From positions 1 to 26,160 of IMG/VR virus record IMGVR_UViG_2657245132_000008: a stretch of 26,160 nt of DNA; one strand, given 5' to 3'. Position 1 is the first letter of the stretch, and every line of letters begins with the position of its first letter. Shown piece after piece: positions 16,766 through 25,782 of the stretch. Origin of the DNA: a virus (lineage: Duplodnaviria; Heunggongvirae; Uroviricota; Caudoviricetes). The notes beneath the pieces were generated by a model that worked only from the letters and a program-made list of their open reading frames with translations, made no database searches and was not told the DNA's origin. Position numbers and translations under genes: made by a program.

Positions 16766-17191
16766 ATGAAGAAATTATCCCTTTCACTGATGCTGAACGT
16801 GTCGCTGGCGCTGATGCTGGCACTGTCCCTGATTTACCCGCAGAGCGTGGCCGTCAGTTTTGTCGCCACCTGGGCGATTCTGGCGACGGTTATCTGTGTG
16901 GTTGCCGGTGGTGTCGGCGTGTATGCCACGGAGTATGTGCTGGAACGCTACGGGCGGGAGCTGCCGCCGGAATCGCTGGCCGTGAAGATTGTCACGTCGC
17001 TGTTTTTGCAGCCGGTGCCGTGGCGCAGACGGGCGGCGGCTCTGGTGGTGATGGTGGCGACGTTTATCTCGCTGGTCGCTGCCGGGTGGATTTTTACCGC
17101 GCTGATTTACCTCGTGGCGTCGGTGTTTTTCCGGCTGATACGTAAAGCCTGTCGTCAGCGTCTTGAGGGGCGGGAATTATGTCAAAGCTGA
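16766..17191 (+). CDS. lysA: Lysis-timing membrane protein LysA (141 aa)
   Basis: Multi-pass hydrophobic protein following K; size matches P2 LysA (from memory). Confidence 0.75.
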   Translation: MKKLSLSLMLNVSLALMLALSLIYPQSVAVSFVATWAILATVICVVAGGVGVYATEYVLERYGRELPPESLAVKIVTSLFLQPVPWRRRAAALVVMVATFISLVAAGWIFTALIYLVASVFFRLIRKACRQRLEGRELCQS

Positions 17192-17604
17192 TGATTGTGC
17201 TGGTCGTGTTGTTATCGCTGGCGGTGGCGGGGCTGTTTCTGGCGAAGCATGAAAACGCCAGCCTGCGCACCTCACTGGACAGGGCGAACAGCGTCGCCAG
17301 TGAACAGCAGACGACCATCACCATGCTGAAAAATCAGCTTCATGTTGCCATCACCAGGGCAGATAAAAACGAGCTGGCGCAGGTTGCACTGCGTCAGGAG
17401 CTGGAGAACGCCGCGAATCGTGAAGCACAGCGCGAGAAAACCATCACGAGGTTACTGAATGAAAACGAAGATTTCCGCCGCTGGTACGGTGCTGACCTGC
17501 CTGATGCTGTGCGCCGGTTGCACCAGCGCACAGCCTGTGCAGACGCCAGTGATTGTCCACAACGCCTGCCCGAAAGTGAGCCTTTGCCCGATGCCGGGCA
17601 GTGA
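17179..17604 (+). CDS. lysB: Inner-membrane spanin LysB (141 aa, Rz-like)
   Basis: N-terminal TM helix followed by a coiled-coil periplasmic domain; size matches P2 LysB (from memory). Confidence 0.8.
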   Translation: MSKLMIVLVVLLSLAVAGLFLAKHENASLRTSLDRANSVASEQQTTITMLKNQLHVAITRADKNELAQVALRQELENAANREAQREKTITRLLNENEDFRRWYGADLPDAVRRLHQRTACADASDCPQRLPESEPLPDAGQ

Positions 17605-17749
17605 CCCGGAGACGAACGGCGATTTAAGTGCCGATATCCGGCAGCTTGAGAACGCGCTGGCACGCTGTGCCAGCCAGGTAAAAATGATTAAACACTGTCA
17701 GGACGAAAACGATGCTCAAACCCGACAGCCTGCGCAGGGCGCTGACTGA
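17459..17749 (+). CDS. lysC: Outer-membrane lipoprotein spanin LysC (96 aa, Rz1-like), overlapping the 3' end of lysB in another frame
   Basis: Signal peptide with lipobox (LMLCAGC) and a Pro-rich mature part; begins inside lysB, the classic overlapped spanin arrangement. Confidence 0.8.
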   Translation: MKTKISAAGTVLTCLMLCAGCTSAQPVQTPVIVHNACPKVSLCPMPGSDPETNGDLSADIRQLENALARCASQVKMIKHCQDENDAQTRQPAQGAD

Positions 17750-18179
17750 TGCCGTCACGGTGCTGAAAACTAACCCCGATATGCTGCGGATATTCGTGGA
17801 TAACGGGAGTATTGCCTCCACACTGGCGACGTCGCTGTCATTCGAAAAGCGTTACACGCTCAATGTGATTGTGACCGACTTTACCGGTGATTTTGACCTG
17901 CTCATTGTGCCGGTGCTGGCGTGGCTGCGGGAAAATCAGCCCGACATCATGACCACCGACGCAGGCCAGAAAAAAGGTTTCACGTTTTATGCAGACATCA
18001 ACAATGACAGCAGCTTTGATATCAGCATCAGCCTGATGCTGACCGAGCGCACGCTGGTCAGTGAGGTGGACGGCGCACTGCATGTGAAGAATATCCCGGA
18101 ACCTCCGCCGCCGGAGCCGGTCACCCGCCCGATGGAGCTTTATATCAATGGCGAACTGGTGAGTAAGTGGGATGAATGA
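17712..18179 (+). CDS. R: Tail completion protein gpR (155 aa)
   Basis: Size identical to P2 R (from memory); position after the lysis genes. Confidence 0.8.
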   Translation: MLKPDSLRRALTDAVTVLKTNPDMLRIFVDNGSIASTLATSLSFEKRYTLNVIVTDFTGDFDLLIVPVLAWLRENQPDIMTTDAGQKKGFTFYADINNDSSFDISISLMLTERTLVSEVDGALHVKNIPEPPPPEPVTRPMELYINGELVSKWDE

Positions 18180-18624
18180 GTTTAAGCGTTTTGAAGACCG
18201 GCTGGCGGGACTGATTGAATCGCTGTCACCGTCAGGGCGTCGGCGACTGAGTGCCGAACTGGCGAAACGTCTGCGGCAGAGTCAGCAGCGTCGGGTGATG
18301 GCACAGAAAGCCCCGGACGGAACACCCTACGCGCCACGCCAGCAGCAGAGCGCCAGAAAAAAGACCGGTCGTGTTAAGCGAAAAATGTTTGCGAAACTTA
18401 TCACCAGTCGTTTTTTGCATATCCGCGCCAGCCCGGAACAGGCATCAATGGAATTTTACGGCGGGAAGTCGCCGAAAATCGCCAGTGTGCATCAGTTCGG
18501 TCTGTCGGAAGAAAACCGGAAAGACGGTAAGAAAATTGATTATCCGGCGCGTCCCCTACTCGGCTTTACCGGTGAGGATGTGCAGATGATTGAAGAGATT
18601 ATTCTGGCGCACCTCAACCGTTAG
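18172..18624 (+). CDS. S: Tail completion protein gpS (150 aa)
   Basis: Size identical to P2 S (from memory); start overlaps the R stop. Confidence 0.8.
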   Translation: MNEFKRFEDRLAGLIESLSPSGRRRLSAELAKRLRQSQQRRVMAQKAPDGTPYAPRQQQSARKKTGRVKRKMFAKLITSRFLHIRASPEQASMEFYGGKSPKIASVHQFGLSEENRKDGKKIDYPARPLLGFTGEDVQMIEEIILAHLNR

Positions 18625-18690
18625 TTGTGCCATTCCCGACACCTCATCGTCACATTGCCGCCGGTATGACCCGGCGGCATCCTTCCCGTT

Positions 18691-19332
18691 ATGAACACTC
18701 TCGCAAATATTCAGGAACTCGCGCGCGCACTGCGCAACATGATCCGCACCGGCATTATCGTCGAAACCGACCTTAACGCCGGTCGTTGCCGTGTGCAGAC
18801 CGGCGGCATGTGCACCGACTGGCTTCAGTGGCTGACCCATCGCGCCGGACGTTCGCGCACATGGTGGGCACCTTCCGTGGGGGAACAGGTGCTGATTCTG
18901 GCTGTGGGCGGTGAACTCGACACGGCGTTCGTTCTGCCGGGGATTTATTCCGGCGATGACCCCGCGCCGTCTGCGTCGGCGGATGCCCTGCATATCCGTT
19001 TCCCTGACGGGGCGGTGATTGAGTATGAACCTGAAACCAGTGCTCTGACGGTAAGCGGAATTAAAACGGCCAGCGTGACGGCTTCTGATTCTGTTACTGC
19101 CACGGTGCCGGTGGTCATGGTGAAAGCATCAACCCGCGTCACCCTGGACACACCGGAGGTGGTCTGCACCAACAAATTGACTACCGGCACGCTGGAAGTG
19201 CAGAAGGGCGGGAAGATGCACGGCAACATCGAGCATACCGACGGGAAATTCACGTCTAACGGCGTTCAGGTGGATGACCACGGTCACGGTGGTGTTAAGT
19301 CAGGAGACAACTGGACACAGGGGACAAAATGA
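18691..19332 (+). CDS. V: Baseplate spike / assembly protein gpV (213 aa)
   Basis: Size close to P2 V (211 aa, from memory); first gene of the V-W-J-I-H-G operon. Confidence 0.85.
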   Translation: MNTLANIQELARALRNMIRTGIIVETDLNAGRCRVQTGGMCTDWLQWLTHRAGRSRTWWAPSVGEQVLILAVGGELDTAFVLPGIYSGDDPAPSASADALHIRFPDGAVIEYEPETSALTVSGIKTASVTASDSVTATVPVVMVKASTRVTLDTPEVVCTNKLTTGTLEVQKGGKMHGNIEHTDGKFTSNGVQVDDHGHGGVKSGDNWTQGTK

Positions 19333-19676
19333 CAGCGCGTTATCTCGGAATGAATCACAGTGATGGCCTGACTGTCACTGACCTTGAGCATATCAGCCAG
19401 AGTATCGGCGATATCCTGCGCACGCCGGTCGGCTCACGGGTGATGCGTCGTGATTACGGCTCGTTGCTGGCGTCAATGATTGACCAGCCGCAGACCCCGG
19501 CGCTTGAGTTGCAGATTAAGGTCGCCTGTTACATGGCTGTGCTGAAATGGGAACCCCGCGTCACCCTGTCATCCGTCACCACTGAGCGCAGTTTTGACGG
19601 GCGAATGACGGTCACGTTAACCGGCCAGCACAACGACACCGGCCAGCCACTTTCGTTAACCATCCCTGTGAGTTGA
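19329..19676 (+). CDS. W: Baseplate wedge protein gpW (115 aa, T4 gp25-like)
   Basis: Size identical to P2 W (from memory); start overlaps the V stop. Confidence 0.85.
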   Translation: MTARYLGMNHSDGLTVTDLEHISQSIGDILRTPVGSRVMRRDYGSLLASMIDQPQTPALELQIKVACYMAVLKWEPRVTLSSVTTERSFDGRMTVTLTGQHNDTGQPLSLTIPVS

Positions 19677-19680
19677 AATC

Positions 19681-20589
19681 ATGCCGATTATCGACCTGAA
19701 CCAGCTACCCGCACCGGATGTGGTCGAGGAGCTGGACTTTGAAACCATTCTTGCCGAACGCAAGGCGACACTGATTTCCCTTTACCCGGAAGACCAGCAG
19801 GAGGCGGTCGCCCGTACCCTGACACTGGAATCTGAGCCTCTCGTCAAACTGCTGGAGGAAAATGCTTATCGTGAGCTTATCTGGCGTCAGCGTGTGAATG
19901 AGGCTGCACGGGCGGTGATGCTGGCCTGTGCAGCCGGTAATGACCTTGATGTGATTGGTGCCAATTACAACACCACACGCCTGATTATCACCCCGGCAGA
20001 TGATTCGACCATCCCGCCGACACCGGCAGTGATGGAATCTGACACTGATTATCGTCTGCGTATTCAGCAGGCGTTTGAAGGTTTAAGCGTCGCCGGGTCG
20101 GTGGGTGCCTATCAGTATCATGGTCGCAGTGCCGACGGGCGTGTCGCGGATATTTCTGTCACCAGTCCGTCTCCGGCCTGTGTCACCATCTCTGTGCTGT
20201 CACGTGAAAATAACGGTGTCGCATCCGAAGACCTGCTGGCTGTGGTGCGTAACGCCCTTAATGGCGAGGACGTCAGACCGGTGGCTGACCGTGTGACCGT
20301 GCAGTCTGCCGCCATTGTTGAATACCAGATAAACGCCACGCTTTACCTTTACCCTGGTCCCGAAAGCGAACCCATCCGCGCTGCCGCCGTGAAAAAGCTG
20401 GAAGCGTACATCACAGCACAGCACCGGCTGGGGCGCGACATCCGTCTGTCTGCCATTTATGCCGCCTTGCATGTGGAAGGCGTGCAGCGTGTCGAATTGA
20501 CTGCACCACTGGCCGACATTGTGCTCAACAGTACGCAGGCGTCTTTCTGTACAGAATACCGCGTCGTGACCGGAGGCTCGGATGAGTGA
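19681..20589 (+). CDS. J: Baseplate wedge protein gpJ (302 aa)
   Basis: Size identical to P2 J (from memory); position W-J-I. Confidence 0.85.
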   Translation: MPIIDLNQLPAPDVVEELDFETILAERKATLISLYPEDQQEAVARTLTLESEPLVKLLEENAYRELIWRQRVNEAARAVMLACAAGNDLDVIGANYNTTRLIITPADDSTIPPTPAVMESDTDYRLRIQQAFEGLSVAGSVGAYQYHGRSADGRVADISVTSPSPACVTISVLSRENNGVASEDLLAVVRNALNGEDVRPVADRVTVQSAAIVEYQINATLYLYPGPESEPIRAAAVKKLEAYITAQHRLGRDIRLSAIYAALHVEGVQRVELTAPLADIVLNSTQASFCTEYRVVTGGSDE

Positions 20590-21112
20590 TTCGCGCCTGC
20601 TGCCGACCGGCTCATCACCGCTTGAAATTGCTGCCGCGAAAGCCTGTGCGGAAATTGAAAAAACGCCGGTCAGTATTCGTGAGCTGTGGAACCCGGACAC
20701 CTGCCCGGCAAATCTGCTGCCGTGGCTGGCGTGGGCGTTTTCGGTCGACAGGTGGGATGAAAAGTGGCCGGAAGCGACAAAACGCGCCGTTATCCGCGAT
20801 GCCTATTTCATCCACTGTCATAAAGGCACTATAGGCGCAATCCGGCGTGTGGTGGAGCCGCTCGGCTATCTCATTAACGTAAAGGAATGGTGGGAGACAA
20901 ACGACCAGCCCGGAACCTTTCGCCTTGATATCGGTGTGCTGGAAAGCGGCATCACGGAGGAGATGTATCTGGAAATGGAACGGCTGATTGCCGATGCCAA
21001 ACCCGCAAGTCGCCACCTTATCGGCCTGAACATTATCCAGGACATTCCCGGCTATCTGTATACAGGCGGTGTGGTCTGTGATGGTGATGTTATTACTGTT
21101 TATCCCGGATAA
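20582..21112 (+). CDS. I: Baseplate protein gpI (176 aa)
   Basis: Size identical to P2 I (from memory); start overlaps the J stop. Confidence 0.85.
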   Translation: MSDSRLLPTGSSPLEIAAAKACAEIEKTPVSIRELWNPDTCPANLLPWLAWAFSVDRWDEKWPEATKRAVIRDAYFIHCHKGTIGAIRRVVEPLGYLINVKEWWETNDQPGTFRLDIGVLESGITEEMYLEMERLIADAKPASRHLIGLNIIQDIPGYLYTGGVVCDGDVITVYPG

Positions 21113-21122
21113 GTGAGAAACA

Positions 21123-23741
21123 ATGAGCACGAAATTTAAAACCGTTATCACTACTGCCGGAGCCGCGAAGCTGGCAGCCGCCACTGTCCCCGGCGGGAAA
21201 AAAGTAAACCTGTCTGCAATGGCCGTGGGTGACGGTAATGGCAAATTACCGGTGCCGGATGCCGGTCAGACGAAACTGGTGCATGAGGTCTGGCGTCACG
21301 CTCTGAATAAAGTCAGCGTGGATAACAAGAATAAAAACTATATCGTGGCTGAACTGGTTGTACCGCCCGAAGTGGGCGGCTTCTGGATGCGTGAGCTTGG
21401 TCTGTATGACGATGCCGGAACACTGATTGCGGTATCCAACATGGCAGAAAGCTATAAGCCAGAACTGGCTGAAGGCTCCGGACGTGCGCAGACCTGCCGC
21501 ATGGTTATTATTCTCAGCAACGTGGCGTCCGTTGAGCTGAGTATTGATGCCAGCACAGTGATGGCGACGCAGGATTACGTCGATGACAAAATCGCAGAGC
21601 ATGAGCAGTCCCGCCGCCATCCTGACGCCACGCTGACAGAAAAAGGTTTTACTCAGTTAAGCAGTGCAACAAACAGCACCAGTGAGTCATTGGCGGCAAC
21701 GCCAAAAGCGGTCAAGGCAGCAAATGACAACGCAAATTCACGTCTGGCGAAAAATCAGAATGGTGCAGATATCCAGGATAAATCAGCTTTTCTGGACAAT
21801 GTTGGCGTTACCAGCCTGACGTTTATGAAAAACAACGGCGAAATGCCGGTTGATGCTGATCTGAATACATTTGGTCCCGTTAAGGCTTATCTGGGGATCT
21901 GGTCTAAAGCTACCTCAACTAACGCAACACTGGAGAAAAATTTCCCGGAAGATAATGCTGTCGGTGTGCTTGAGGTTTTTGCTGCCGGCAATTTTGCAGG
22001 CACGCAACGCTTTATCACGAGAGACGGCAATGTATACATGCGTAAACTCGCCAATAAGTGGAATGGTACTGATGGTCCATGGGGCGTATGGCGTCACACT
22101 CAATCAGCGACCCGCCCTTTGAGTACGACTATAGACCTGAATACGCTTGGAGCCGCCGAGCATCTTGGTTTATGGCATAACAGTAGCTCGGCTATAGCTT
22201 CATATGAACGTAATTATCCAGAGGAAGGCGGCTTTGCTCAGGGGACGCTTGAGATCCTCGAAGGCGGGAATTATGGAAGAACGCAACGTTATACCACTCG
22301 CCGTGGAAATATGTATGTCCGCTGCCTTGCGGCAAGCTGGGATGCATCAAATCCGCAGTGGGAACCGTGGTTAAGAGTCGGTCATCAGTCAGAGAGTCGT
22401 TATTACGACGGGGATTTGAATGATGTGACTTCACCAGGTATTTACAGCGTTACAGGTAAAGCGACCAATGGTCCAATACTGGACGGAAACGGCGTGACAG
22501 TCCTCGGTATTCTGGAAGTGTTGAGGCGCTTTGATGGTGTTAACGTATGGCAGCGTTATACAACTGCCGGAACAGGTGCAACCCTTAAAGGTCGCACGTT
22601 TGAGCGCGTTTTTACCGGCAGCTCATGGAGCGAATGGCGGGAAGTTTACACATCGTATTCACTTCCCCTGAATCTGGGTATCGGCGGTGCTGTGGCAAAG
22701 CTCACCAGTCTGGACTGGCAGACCTACGACTTTGTGCCGGGCAGTCTGATAACCGTTCGGCTTGATAACATGACCAACATTCCCGACGGTATGGACTGGG
22801 GCGTCATTGATGGCAACCTGATAAACATCGCAGTTGGTCCGAGTGATGATTCCGGTACGGGGCGCTCAATGCATGTATGGCGCAGCACTGTAAGTAAAGC
22901 GAACTACCGCTTTTTTATGGTGCGTATTTCAGGAAATCCGGGAAGTCGCACGATCACAACAAGACGAGTACCAATCATTGACGAAGCCCAGACATGGGCG
23001 GCGAAACAAACCTTCAGCGCCGGTCTTTCAGGCGAACTGTCCGGCAATGCTGCTACAGCAACAAAGCTGAAAACGGCAAGGACAATTAACGGCGTAACCT
23101 TTGACGGGACGAAAGATATTGAAGCGTTTCCGCCTGGTGTTCCGCTGCCGTGGCCATCAGATACACCACCTGCAGGCTATGCAATTATGCAGGGGCAGAC
23201 GTTTGATAAGGCTGCATATCCGAAACTGGCTATTGCCTATCCTTCTGGTGTTATTCCAGATATGCGCGGCTGGACAATCAAGGGCAAACCCGCCAGTGGG
23301 CGTGCCGTATTGTCACAGGAACAGGACGGGATTAAATCGCATACTCACAGCGCCAGTGCGTCAAATACGGATTTAGGGACGAAAACGACCAGTTCATTTG
23401 ATTACGGCACGAAGACAGTCAGTACGTTTAACTACGGAACAAAAACCACTAATACCACAGGTAACCATACACATACCATTTACAGAGGGAATGCCAATAC
23501 TAATGGTGAAACCGGTAAAACAGGCTTTGACAACCCATCGTTTAATGGCACATCAGGAGCTGCCGGGAATCATGCCCACACGGTAGATATTGGCGCACAT
23601 AATCATACGGTTGGTATTGGTGCACATTCACACACGGTTGCTATTGGCTCACACGGGCACTCTATTACCGTTAATGCTACAGGTAATACAGAAAACACCG
23701 TCAAAAACATCGCATTTAACTATATTGTGAGGCTTGCATAA
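21123..23741 (+). CDS. H: Tail fibre protein gpH (872 aa) with a mosaic, repeat-containing distal part
   Basis: Position after I. Conserved N-terminal attachment region, then three tandem ~75-aa modules and a His-rich C-terminal tip (GNHxHT / GAHxHTV repeats). Longer than P2 H (669 aa, from memory), consistent with host-range module exchange. Confidence 0.85.
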   Translation: MSTKFKTVITTAGAAKLAAATVPGGKKVNLSAMAVGDGNGKLPVPDAGQTKLVHEVWRHALNKVSVDNKNKNYIVAELVVPPEVGGFWMRELGLYDDAGTLIAVSNMAESYKPELAEGSGRAQTCRMVIILSNVASVELSIDASTVMATQDYVDDKIAEHEQSRRHPDATLTEKGFTQLSSATNSTSESLAATPKAVKAANDNANSRLAKNQNGADIQDKSAFLDNVGVTSLTFMKNNGEMPVDADLNTFGPVKAYLGIWSKATSTNATLEKNFPEDNAVGVLEVFAAGNFAGTQRFITRDGNVYMRKLANKWNGTDGPWGVWRHTQSATRPLSTTIDLNTLGAAEHLGLWHNSSSAIASYERNYPEEGGFAQGTLEILEGGNYGRTQRYTTRRGNMYVRCLAASWDASNPQWEPWLRVGHQSESRYYDGDLNDVTSPGIYSVTGKATNGPILDGNGVTVLGILEVLRRFDGVNVWQRYTTAGTGATLKGRTFERVFTGSSWSEWREVYTSYSLPLNLGIGGAVAKLTSLDWQTYDFVPGSLITVRLDNMTNIPDGMDWGVIDGNLINIAVGPSDDSGTGRSMHVWRSTVSKANYRFFMVRISGNPGSRTITTRRVPIIDEAQTWAAKQTFSAGLSGELSGNAATATKLKTARTINGVTFDGTKDIEAFPPGVPLPWPSDTPPAGYAIMQGQTFDKAAYPKLAIAYPSGVIPDMRGWTIKGKPASGRAVLSQEQDGIKSHTHSASASNTDLGTKTTSSFDYGTKTVSTFNYGTKTTNTTGNHTHTIYRGNANTNGETGKTGFDNPSFNGTSGAAGNHAHTVDIGAHNHTVGIGAHSHTVAIGSHGHSITVNATGNTENTVKNIAFNYIVRLA

Positions 23742-24319
23742 TGGCTTTCAGAATGAGTGCAGAAGCACAAACTATCCGCGTATTTAATTTACTTGATGGA
23801 ACCAATGAATTTATTGGGGAAAGTGACGCGTATATTCCGCCGCATACAGGTCTGCCTGCAAACAGTACAGATATTGCACCGCCTGATATTCCGGCGGGTT
23901 ATGCAGCCGTTTTCAATGCAGATGAAATGAAATGGGAACTGATGGAAGACCATCGCGGAAAGACCGTCTACGAAACGAAAACGGGAGCAGCCATTTATAT
24001 TTCTGAACTTGGCGTATTACCTCCAGACGTGACAGCTATTTCCCCGGAGGGGGATTATCAGAAATGGAACGGAAATGCGTGGGTGAATGATGAGAATGCA
24101 GAGCGTGATGCACTTGTCAGAGCGGCGGAGTCTCAGAAGAAAGAGCAGATTGCATATGCCGGTGAAATTATTGCCACGCTGCAGGATGCTGTCGATTTTG
24201 ATATGGCTACCGAGGAAGAAAAGTTAAGTCTGACACACTGGAAAAAATACCGTGTGCTACTGAATCGCGTTCAGCCGGAAGATGCTCCGGATATAGAATG
24301 GCCAGAAATGCCGCAATAA
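23741..24319 (+). CDS. G: Tail fibre assembly chaperone gpG (192 aa, Tfa-like)
   Basis: ATG overlaps the H stop (TAATG); position and size typical of P2 G / lambda Tfa-type chaperones. Confidence 0.8.
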   Translation: MAFRMSAEAQTIRVFNLLDGTNEFIGESDAYIPPHTGLPANSTDIAPPDIPAGYAAVFNADEMKWELMEDHRGKTVYETKTGAAIYISELGVLPPDVTAISPEGDYQKWNGNAWVNDENAERDALVRAAESQKKEQIAYAGEIIATLQDAVDFDMATEEEKLSLTHWKKYRVLLNRVQPEDAPDIEWPEMPQ

Positions 24320-24371
24320 ATCGTATTAGCTCTGGTGTGAGTTTATACATCTATGGCACAGGGTAAAAACT

Positions 24372-24406
24372 AATCTGACAGTCCGCTCTGTGCCAAAAGC
24401 GGACAT
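24372..24406. repeat. Left copy of a 35-bp inverted repeat bracketing the Z/fun-position cargo gene; itself an internal hairpin
   Basis: AATCTGACAGTCCGCTCTGTGCCAAAAGCGGACAT; about 31/35 identical to the reverse complement of ~25565-25599. Internal 7-bp stem GTCCGCT / AGCGGAC. Confidence 0.6.
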
Positions 24407-24523
24407 GTCAAAGCGCAGAGTGAATGGCTAAGTCTAGCTCATTAGAAATGTTCGCTTCATGAAAATGGCTGCAGCAAGGATCTATCTCACTGCGGCCTCT
24501 TTACAATAACGAAATTTTGCGAG

Positions 24524-25279
24524 CTATTCCTTGGCCTCTTTATTTTTCTCGCCATCGCCAATGTAAAGAAGATAATCGTTTAAGGATATCCTTCCGGAGG
24601 GGCCGGTCCATGTTATCAATCCGTTCTCACGAAGATTAAATAATGCTTCCATGAACTCATTATCGTTAAAAGAATGATCCTCCGAGAACAGAATGTTCAT
24701 TTTTCTCAATAGTTCTTCCACTTTAATCTTTTCATATCGCCTTATCAGACTTAGTGCTTTACGACGCATTAAGATTGTAGGTACTGCTTGTGAACGAATG
24801 GTTTGTTGTATTCCACTATCAAGAACTTTCTTGATTTTACTCTCTAACTCTTTGATTTTAGTTTCATTATCTCCATTGGACTTAAGCTTTTCATCAACGA
24901 TGCAAATAATTTCCTGACTAATGCTGTTCTTGAGTTCGTTTATTTTTTCTTCATTGTTGAGAATCTCATCAGAGCTTCCTGCATGGGGTTTTTTCCATAT
25001 GTGCTGACGCATATCCGTTACCGTATCTCTCATCATAGAGAATGTATCTGAATATAACTTGTCAAATATTTTTTCCAGTCGTTCGACACTTGCCTGAATG
25101 TCTTTTGCTGCTTTAGTTGTCTCTTTAGAAGCCTCATTCGACATTTTATAAAAAACAAAAGAAAGCCAAATAGCCCCAATGGCGAGTACTAATGAGGCTA
25201 TTGTGGCAATAAAACCTATTATTGTTATTGCTGTATCTAATGTACCTGCTGCATCTGTGACTACTGTTTCTGCTGCCAT
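24524..25279 (-). CDS. Membrane-anchored coiled-coil protein of unknown function (251 aa)
   Basis: ATG at 25279 with GAGGA upstream. Hydrophobic N-terminal helix (TAITIIGFIATIASLVLAIGAIWLSFVFY), then a Lys/Glu-rich region with heptad-like periodicity (...INELKNSISQEI...KIKELESKIKKVL...). Single gene in AT-rich DNA on the strand opposite the tail genes. Confidence 0.75.
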   Translation of the reverse strand: MAAETVVTDAAGTLDTAITIIGFIATIASLVLAIGAIWLSFVFYKMSNEASKETTKAAKDIQASVERLEKIFDKLYSDTFSMMRDTVTDMRQHIWKKPHAGSSDEILNNEEKINELKNSISQEIICIVDEKLKSNGDNETKIKELESKIKKVLDSGIQQTIRSQAVPTILMRRKALSLIRRYEKIKVEELLRKMNILFSEDHSFNDNEFMEALFNLRENGLITWTGPSGRISLNDYLLYIGDGEKNKEAKE

Positions 25280-25564
25280 ATATCCTCAATATTTAACCAT
25301 ACAGGGTAGCGTGTTTTAACCGCGGGGAAGTCGGGGTGGTGACACCCTAGCCTTACCCCGATTCCAGAGTATTTATTTATCATACCATTGAAACTATTTA
25401 ATTTTATCGAAAATTTTGTCAGGGCGTGACTGAAAAGTCTTCAGCACGTCAAGCATATCGTCGCCGTTCAATTAACACTGAGCCTTTTCTTAGTGGGGTG
25501 GGCTGCGCAGTTGCGAGGTTATGCCCCAGTTCCTCACTACATTCTAATTAAGCCGGCCAACTAA

Positions 25565-25599
25565 ATGTCCGCTTTTCGCTCAAAGCAGACTGTCAGATT
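25565..25599. repeat. Right copy of the 35-bp inverted repeat bracketing the Z/fun-position cargo gene
   Basis: Reverse complement reads AATCTGACAGTCTGCTTTGAGCGAAAAGCGGACAT, about 31/35 identical to 24372-24406. Confidence 0.6.
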
Positions 25600-25653
25600 T
25601 AATAGCGTTTTGATTATGTAACTTGTCAGTTGGAAGCTGAGTGAGAACAAATC

Positions 25654-25690
25654 AAGGCAGGCGGGCTGATTGCCTGCCTTTTCTTTATCT
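25654..25690 (+). terminator. Strong rho-independent terminator (+ strand) upstream of FI
   Basis: Perfect 9-bp stem AAGGCAGGC / GCCTGCCTT with a 9-nt loop, followed by TTCTTTATCT. Confidence 0.6.
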
Positions 25691-25704
25691 GTTGTTTCAT
25701 CCCC

Positions 25705-25719
25705 TGACCAGCCAGGTCA
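25705..25719 (+). promoter_or_regulatory. Dyad TGACCAGCCAGGTCA upstream of FI (candidate late-promoter activator site, PF-like)
   Basis: Near-perfect inverted repeat centred ~70 bp upstream of the FI ATG, where P2 has the Ogr-dependent PF promoter. It does not match the TGT-N12-ACA consensus exactly. Confidence 0.3.
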
Positions 25720-25782
25720 AATAGCGTCTCATGCTCTGCACAACAGAAAATAGTTGCACCCATTAACCACGGAGTTAAACGG

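Noticed and set aside
24372-25599. Inverted-repeat-bounded segment as an autonomous IS element, transposon or DNA invertase switch
   Set aside because: The only gene inside encodes a membrane coiled-coil protein with no DDE or recombinase features, and no invertase gene is nearby. Kept as a structural observation, not called a mobile element.
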